Positions 58,965 through 64,000 of a stretch of DNA of 64,000 nt are shown here, piece after piece. The notes below the pieces were generated by a model. The model did no database searches and was not told where the DNA came from. It saw only the letters and a list, made by a program, of their open reading frames with translations. The first letter of the stretch is position 1. Every line of letters begins with the position of its first letter. The stretch is from Candidatus Nealsonbacteria bacterium. GTDB lineage: Bacteria; Patescibacteriota; Minisyncoccia; Minisyncoccales; RBG-13-42-11. The stretch is taken from assembly GCA_026396115.1 (NCBI GenBank), contig JAPLXL010000005.1:66967-130966 (forward strand), written 5' to 3'. The position numbers were made by a program, and so were the translations under genes.

Positions 58965-60344
58965 ATGCAAAGAGTATTAAATATAGAAACGATCAAATAT
59001 ATTAATAAAAATGTTAAAGTTTGCGGTTGGGTTAATTCACGTCGGGACCACGGCGGAATAGTTTTTTTAGATTTAAGAGACAGGTCGGGAATTCTACAGA
59101 TAGTCGTCACTCCCACCGCCGAGTTGGCAAAAGATATAAAAAATGAATATGTTTTAGAAATTGAAGGAAAAATCCAGAAAAGACCGATTAAAATGTTCAA
59201 TCCCGAACTGGAAACAGGAGAGATAGAATTGAAAGCCGAAAATATCAATATCTTAGCTAAGGCTGAAACGCTTCCTTTTGATTTAAAAGATTTAAATGTG
59301 AGCTTGCCCGTTCTTTTAGATTACAGGCCAATAACCTTACGGAATAAAAAAATTCAAGCAATTTTCAAAATTGAAGAAGAGGCGATTAATAGTTTCAGGA
59401 AAACAATGAAAGATTTGGGATTTGCCGAATTCCAAGCGCCGACAATCGTGCCGGTTGCCACCGAAGGCGGAGCAGAAGTTTTCCATATTGATTACTTTAA
59501 TGGAGATGCTTATTTAGCCCAAAGCCCCCAATTATATAAGCAAATCTTAGTTGGCGTTTTTGAAAGAATTTTTACTATAACGCGCGCTTATCGGGCCGAA
59601 CCCAGCGTGACCACCCGCCATCTGACAGAATATATCAGTTTGGATGCAGAAATGGGCTTTATCAATTCTTGGCAAGATTTAATGGATTTTTGCGAAACCG
59701 TAATCAGAAACATCTTTTTGGATTTAGGAAAAAGCTGCCAAAAAGAGTTAAAATTATTTTCAGCCACTCTTCCCAAATTAGGCGAGAAAATTCCAAGATT
59801 AAAAATGAAAGAAGCTCAAGAAATTATTTTCAAAAGAACCCAAAGGGATAATAGGGAATCTCCGGATTTGGAACCGGAAGACGAAAAAGAAATCTATGAA
59901 TTTGCCAAAGAAAAATACGGCTCAGAATTAATCTTCATCTCTCACTATCCAACTAAAAAAAGGCCTTTTTACACTTTCCCTGACCCAAAAGATCCCGAAT
60001 ACACTTTAAGCTTTGATCTTTTGTGCCGTGGATTGGAAATAGTCACCGGCGGCCAGAGAATTAATGATTATGAAAAATTGGTGAAAAATATAAAAAAACG
60101 GAAAATGAAGATTAAAGATTTTAAGTTTTATTTGCAGGCATTTAAATACGGCATGCCGCCTGAGGGTGGTTTTTGTTTGGGAGCCGAAAGAATAGTTAAG
60201 CAAATTCTGGATTTGGAAAATGTTCGGGAAGCCAGTTTATTCCCGCGGGATATGGCGAGAATCGACCAAAGATTATCTGTTTCTAAAAAAAGAAACCCCC
60301 GAAGAAAAACAAGTTCTCTATCGGGTAATAAGTTGAAAAAATGA
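58965..60344 (+). CDS. aspS: aspartate--tRNA ligase (short, no GAD insertion; possibly non-discriminating)
   Basis: VCGWVNSRRDHGGIVFLDLRDRSGILQIV, FRAEPSVTTRHLTEY (motif 2), GMPPEGGFCLGAERIV (motif 3). I prefer ATG 58965. Confidence 0.75.
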   Translation: MQRVLNIETIKYINKNVKVCGWVNSRRDHGGIVFLDLRDRSGILQIVVTPTAELAKDIKNEYVLEIEGKIQKRPIKMFNPELETGEIELKAENINILAKAETLPFDLKDLNVSLPVLLDYRPITLRNKKIQAIFKIEEEAINSFRKTMKDLGFAEFQAPTIVPVATEGGAEVFHIDYFNGDAYLAQSPQLYKQILVGVFERIFTITRAYRAEPSVTTRHLTEYISLDAEMGFINSWQDLMDFCETVIRNIFLDLGKSCQKELKLFSATLPKLGEKIPRLKMKEAQEIIFKRTQRDNRESPDLEPEDEKEIYEFAKEKYGSELIFISHYPTKKRPFYTFPDPKDPEYTLSFDLLCRGLEIVTGGQRINDYEKLVKNIKKRKMKIKDFKFYLQAFKYGMPPEGGFCLGAERIVKQILDLENVREASLFPRDMARIDQRLSVSKKRNPRRKTSSLSGNKLKK

Positions 60345-61408
60345 ATTCAAGAAGCGAGTTTCCATTAAAGTCCTCTTCGCCCACCGAGCTTCCGCAGGAA
60401 GCGAAGGTGAAGAAGAGAGCGAAGCTCTCTTCGCCCATAAAAATTTTTCTTATTGTTTTTATATTAAGCTTGCCTATTTTCTGGGAGATTAATATTTTGG
60501 AAGGAAAGTTGAAAAGTTTTTTTTATTGGCGAGAAATTGCGGAAAATCCTCAATTTTTGGCTGCTCAGGCAAATCAATTAATTCTTGAACAAAAATTAAG
60601 AAATTTAGAGCCCTTCAGGAATAAAAATATTCCTGATTTGGAAATTGAAGCCAAATCAGCAATTTCGGTTCTGAACGATAATAAAGTTAAAGAAAAAGTG
60701 CTTTTTGAAAAAGAAAATAATCAAAAACTGCCAATAGCCAGTTTAACCAAACTGATGACCGCCTGGGTTGTCTTGGAATATTATGATCTTTCAAAAGAAA
60801 TCACAATTTCTAAATTGGCAGCTAATCAATATGGGGATATTAGAGGGCTGGAAGATGGAAGAACTTTTCCGGTAAAATATTTTCTTTATCCTTTATTGAT
60901 GGAATCAAGCAATGGGGCTGCTTTCGCTTTGGCTAATGATTATGAAGAAATGTCAGAAAGAAATTTTGTGGAATTAATGAACCAAGAAGCAAAAAAAATT
61001 GGGCTTGACGATACTTTTTTTAACAATCCCAGCGGCCTTGACCCGGAAGATTCAAAAACAGAAATGAATTATTCAACGGCCAATGATTTGGTAAAGCTTG
61101 CTAAAAAATTATTAGAAAAACAATTAATTTGGGATATACTTTCCATCCCCAGATATTCTGAGTACGGACCGGAATTAATTAACACCAACAGGTTTTTAAT
61201 TGACGATCCTGCAGATTGGCAAGAAAAAATAATTGGCGGAAAAACGGGTTATACGGACAAAGCCGGAGGATGCTTGCTTTTGGTTATAAAAGCGCCAAGA
61301 TCCCAGGGTTTTTTAATTAGTATAATTTTGGGGGCAGACGGAAAAGAAAACAGATTTGAAGAAATGAGAAAGCTAATTGACTGGCTTAACCAAGCCTATA
61401 AATGGTAA
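60341..61408 (+). CDS. D-alanyl-D-alanine carboxypeptidase (S11)
   Basis: IASLTKLMT (SxxK), ESSNGAA (SxN), GKTGYT (KTG). The N-terminus before the TM is repeat-encoded. Confidence 0.8.
   Translation: MNSRSEFPLKSSSPTELPQEAKVKKRAKLSSPIKIFLIVFILSLPIFWEINILEGKLKSFFYWREIAENPQFLAAQANQLILEQKLRNLEPFRNKNIPDLEIEAKSAISVLNDNKVKEKVLFEKENNQKLPIASLTKLMTAWVVLEYYDLSKEITISKLAANQYGDIRGLEDGRTFPVKYFLYPLLMESSNGAAFALANDYEEMSERNFVELMNQEAKKIGLDDTFFNNPSGLDPEDSKTEMNYSTANDLVKLAKKLLEKQLIWDILSIPRYSEYGPELINTNRFLIDDPADWQEKIIGGKTGYTDKAGGCLLLVIKAPRSQGFLISIILGADGKENRFEEMRKLIDWLNQAYKW
60383..60436 (+). repeat. E element copy inside the dac CDS N-terminus (preceded by a half copy at 60351-60382)
   Basis: ACCGAGCTTCCgcaGGAAGCGAAGGTGAAGAAGAGAGcgaaGCTCTCTTCGCCC encodes TELPQEAKVKKRAKLSSP. 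Confidence 0.7.
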
Positions 61409-61412
61409 TATT

Positions 61413-62558
61413 ATGTACTTGCCTGAAGCAGCCATAGATGTTATTAAAATTTTTACTTTGGGAACAGTTAGTTTTATTATTGCTTTTTTGCTAACGCCCT
61501 TTTTAACTTATTTTTCGTATAAATATAAACTCTGGCGCAAAGAAGTAAGGCAAAAAGCAATTGACGGCGGAGAGGTAACCGTTTTTCAAAAATTTCACAA
61601 AGAAGGAGAAATAAATGTTCCAAGAATGGGCGGAATTTTAATTTGGGGAACGATCTTGATAACAATTTTTTTGTTTTGGGGAATTTCGCAAATAACTGAT
61701 ATTTGGTGGTTGGATAAGTTGAATTTTTTAAGCAGAAGTCAAACATGGCTTCCTCTTTTTGCTTTAATCGCAGCTTCTTTATTAGGCCTAACCGACGATG
61801 TCTTGCAGGTTTTTGGCTCGCCTTCATACCATAACGAAAAAAAAGTGCCAAAGGCTTTAAAATTAATAAAATCATTTTTCGTTTGGTGTGGGGGTAAAGG
61901 AAAATATATTGGCGGCGGATTAAGCTTAAAACGGAGAATTCTTTTGATGGGTTTAATAGGTCTTATTGGAGGTTGGTGGTTTTTTGCCAAACTTGGCTGG
62001 TCTACCTTGCATGTGCCCGGGGCGGGAGATTTTGAAATTGGCACTTGGTATATTCCTTTATTTGTTGTTGTTATGATAGCCACCTATTCAGGCGGGGTAA
62101 TTGACGGTTTGGATGGGTTAGCAGGCGGTTCTTTTGCTGCTATTTTTGCCGCTTTCGCCGGAATTGCTTTGTTTTTGGGCCAAATTGATATTGCCGCTTT
62201 CTGCACAGCAATCTTAGGAGCATTGCTGGCCTTTTTATGGTTTAATATTCCGCCTGCCAGATTCTATATGGGAGAGAGTGGAATAATGGGACTCTGTGCC
62301 GCTTTAACCGTGATTGCTTTTTTAACTGATTCTGTTTTAGTTTTGCCAATTATTGGATTTTTATTAGTAATTGAGTCGGGCTCCGTAATCCTGCAGCTTC
62401 TTTCAAAAAAGTTTAGACATAAAAAAATCTTTTTATCTGCTCCAATTCACCAGCACTTTGAAGCCAGTGGCTGGCCCCATTATAAAGTAACAATGCGATT
62501 TTGGATTATCGGGGCAGTGATGGCAATTGTTGGAATTACCATTAGATTATTCGGCTAA
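61413..62558 (+). CDS. mraY: phospho-N-acetylmuramoyl-pentapeptide transferase
   Basis: GLTDDVLQV, DGLDGLAGG, GESGIMGLC, multi-pass membrane protein. I prefer ATG 61413. Confidence 0.85.
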   Translation: MYLPEAAIDVIKIFTLGTVSFIIAFLLTPFLTYFSYKYKLWRKEVRQKAIDGGEVTVFQKFHKEGEINVPRMGGILIWGTILITIFLFWGISQITDIWWLDKLNFLSRSQTWLPLFALIAASLLGLTDDVLQVFGSPSYHNEKKVPKALKLIKSFFVWCGGKGKYIGGGLSLKRRILLMGLIGLIGGWWFFAKLGWSTLHVPGAGDFEIGTWYIPLFVVVMIATYSGGVIDGLDGLAGGSFAAIFAAFAGIALFLGQIDIAAFCTAILGALLAFLWFNIPPARFYMGESGIMGLCAALTVIAFLTDSVLVLPIIGFLLVIESGSVILQLLSKKFRHKKIFLSAPIHQHFEASGWPHYKVTMRFWIIGAVMAIVGITIRLFG

Positions 62559-62580
62559 AAAATCCTCTAAAAATATCTCA

Positions 62581-62647
62581 GTCGAAAGAGAATTTCATTC
62601 GTCGAGTCAAAGACGAGACGAAAGAAGAAAAACTTTTCTTCGCACTC
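62581..62647. repeat. degenerate E-related repeat, intergenic
   Basis: GTCGAAAGAGaatttcattCGTCgagtcaaaGACGagaCGAAAGAAGAAAAacTTTTCTTCGCAC. Confidence 0.4.
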
Positions 62648-62705
62648 TTTTTTATCCCATTAGAAATATTTATTTATAATGGGGTTTGTGCTATTCTGAA
62701 AGCAG

Positions 62706-62761
62706 GTCGAAGATAGCTTCGCACTCTTCTTTATCTTCGCTTTCGCTGTGCGAAAGCTCGG
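62706..62761 (-). repeat. E element copy ending 3 nt before the murD ATG
   Basis: GTCGAAGATAGCttcgcaCTCTTCTTTATCTTCGCTTTCGCtgtGCGAAAGCTCGG. Confidence 0.6.
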
Positions 62762-62764
62762 AGA

Positions 62765-64000
62765 ATGAAATTAAAAGAATTAAAGAGCAAAAGAATCCTG
62801 ATTTTGGGTTTTGGCCGGGAGGGAAGGAATACTTTTAGGTTTTTAAGGAAACTCTTTCCAAAAAAAGTTTTAGGAATAGCGGATAAAAATGAAAAAGTTG
62901 ACCAAAGTTGCTTAGCTACCGAGCTTCCATTTATGGAAGCGAAGGTGGAGAAGAAGGAATCTTCTTCGACTAAGCTAAGCAACCGAAAGATCAAGTTTTA
63001 TAAGCTTCATTTGGGAGAAAATTACCTTAAGGTTCTGAATGATTACGATGTGATAATCAAATCACCGGGCATCCCTTTCAAAATTATTCCGAGATCGGAA
63101 CTACGAAAATTGACTTCACAGACAGAGATTTTTTTTGATAATTACCAAGGCCAAATTATTGGAATTACGGGAACTAAAGGGAAAGGCACTACAGCTGCAA
63201 TGATTTATGAAATTTTGAAAGTAGAAGGCATCAAAGCACATTTAATCGGCAATATTGGTAAACCCGTATTAAATCTTTTACCGAGACCCACGAAGTGGGG
63301 CGAAGGGGGAGATGAAGCAAGGCTTCAGCGACCATTTTCGGCGAGACCAGATGTTTATGTTTATGAATTGTCCAGTCATCAACTTTACGATCTTAAAAAA
63401 TCTCCCCACATCGCCGTTTTTTTAAACCTTTTTGCGGACCATTTAGATTATTATCGAAATTTTAAAGAATACGCAGACGCCAAAGCCAATATTACCATTC
63501 ATCAAAAAAAAGATGATTATTTGGTCTATAATGCTCAAGATAAAATTGTTAAAGAAATTGCTAAAAAATCAAAAGCTAAAAAAGTTCCAATCAAAGGAGA
63601 GTATTACGAATTGAATAAAGTTGCAGCCAGGGCCGTCGGCAGACTTTTCAAAATTTCTTCAAAAATTATTGAAAAAGCTATTAAAGAATTTAAACATCTT
63701 CCTCATAGATTGGAATTGGTAGGAACATTTGAAAGAATTACTTTTTATAATGACGCCTCGGCAACCATACCCGAAGCAACTATGGCAGCTATGGAAACTT
63801 TAGGAAATAAAGTAGAAACAATTATCCTGGGTGGTTCTGACAAGAATATTGATTTTAAGAATTTAGCCAAAAAAGTTTTAGAAAGTAAAATAAAAACTGT
63901 AATTTTATTTCCTATAACTGGAAAACGAATCTGGAAAGATATTGTGCGACAAAAAAGAAAGGAAACGAACAGAAAGGGTAGGGTACTGAATCATTTTTTT
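62765..64000 (+). CDS. murD: UDP-N-acetylmuramoylalanine--D-glutamate ligase, 3' end beyond window
   Basis: Not in the track (no stop in window). My translation: MKLKELKSKRILILGFGREGRN, IIKSPGIP, GITGTKGKGTTAAM, YELSSHQL, HRLELVG. Two repeat-encoded insertions. Confidence 0.85.
   Translation, partial: MKLKELKSKRILILGFGREGRNTFRFLRKLFPKKVLGIADKNEKVDQSCLATELPFMEAKVEKKESSSTKLSNRKIKFYKLHLGENYLKVLNDYDVIIKSPGIPFKIIPRSELRKLTSQTEIFFDNYQGQIIGITGTKGKGTTAAMIYEILKVEGIKAHLIGNIGKPVLNLLPRPTKWGEGGDEARLQRPFSARPDVYVYELSSHQLYDLKKSPHIAVFLNLFADHLDYYRNFKEYADAKANITIHQKKDDYLVYNAQDKIVKEIAKKSKAKKVPIKGEYYELNKVAARAVGRLFKISSKIIEKAIKEFKHLPHRLELVGTFERITFYNDASATIPEATMAAMETLGNKVETIILGGSDKNIDFKNLAKKVLESKIKTVILFPITGKRIWKDIVRQKRKETNRKGRVLNHFF
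62918..62970 (+). repeat. E element copy inside murD CDS (with extra 8-bp outer stem at 62910-62980)
   Basis: GCTTAGCT-ACCGAGCTTCCatttatGGAAGCGAAGGTGGAGAAGAAGGAatCTTCTTCGAC-t-AAGCTAAGC encodes LATELPFMEAKVEKKESSSTKLS. Confidence 0.7.
63280..63333 (+). repeat. E element copy inside murD CDS
   Basis: ACCGAGACCCACgaaGTGGGGCGAAGGGGGAGATGAAGCaaGGCTTCAGCGACC encodes PRPTKWGEGGDEARLQRP, between GNIGKPVLNLL and DVYVYELSSHQL. Confidence 0.65.

Noticed and set aside
61477-62083. Minus-strand track ORFs inside mraY (61477..61875, 61739..62083)
   Set aside because: They are antisense to a multi-pass membrane gene with MraY signature motifs.

Overview
The sequence is AT-rich and very compact, with short genes and many stand-alone nucleotide-salvage and house-cleaning enzymes. 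The gene content (stand-alone GMP synthase subunit B, short AspRS, AMMECR1/LigB-like/radical-SAM triad, serpin, many small secreted or membrane proteins) suggests a Candidate Phyla Radiation (Patescibacteria) bacterium; this is inference only. The window falls into three zones. Zone 1 (1-2.6 kb) holds a minus-strand RNHCP/radical-SAM fusion ORF and a sigma-70 factor. Zone 2 (2.7-47.1 kb) holds about 60 genes, all but one on the + strand, arranged as one- to few-gene units. These units are separated by four families of conserved junction repeats: hairpin+T-run+TGGTAGAAT; GGTTCTAAC...CTCGGAGC; AATCAAAATTTAGGCCGAAGTTGA; and GAATTAATTGAGAAATAAAATT-ATG. Zone 2 also contains chimeric tRNA-like genes and duplicated radC 5' ends. 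It includes a defence-rich stretch at 19-33.6 kb with AbiEi/AbiEii, a serpin, RadC, a Clp-fold SDH protease operon run into a Type III R-M with an embedded HEPN-like gene, a Type IIG R-M remnant, and a SIR2+DUF262 pair with a convergent methyltransferase. A MerR-GHKL ATPase / DUF4325 / NYN trio sits at 38.6-40.4 kb. Zone 3 (47.2-64 kb) holds core genes (rarA, efp, fmt, AMMECR1, glnA, thpR, murC, aspS, dac, mraY, murD). These are peppered with a ~53-nt double-hairpin palindromic element, and at least eight copies lie inside coding sequences without breaking the frame. I saw no rRNA, CRISPR array, integrase or transposase. All domain calls come from motif recognition by eye; no searches or folding programs were run.
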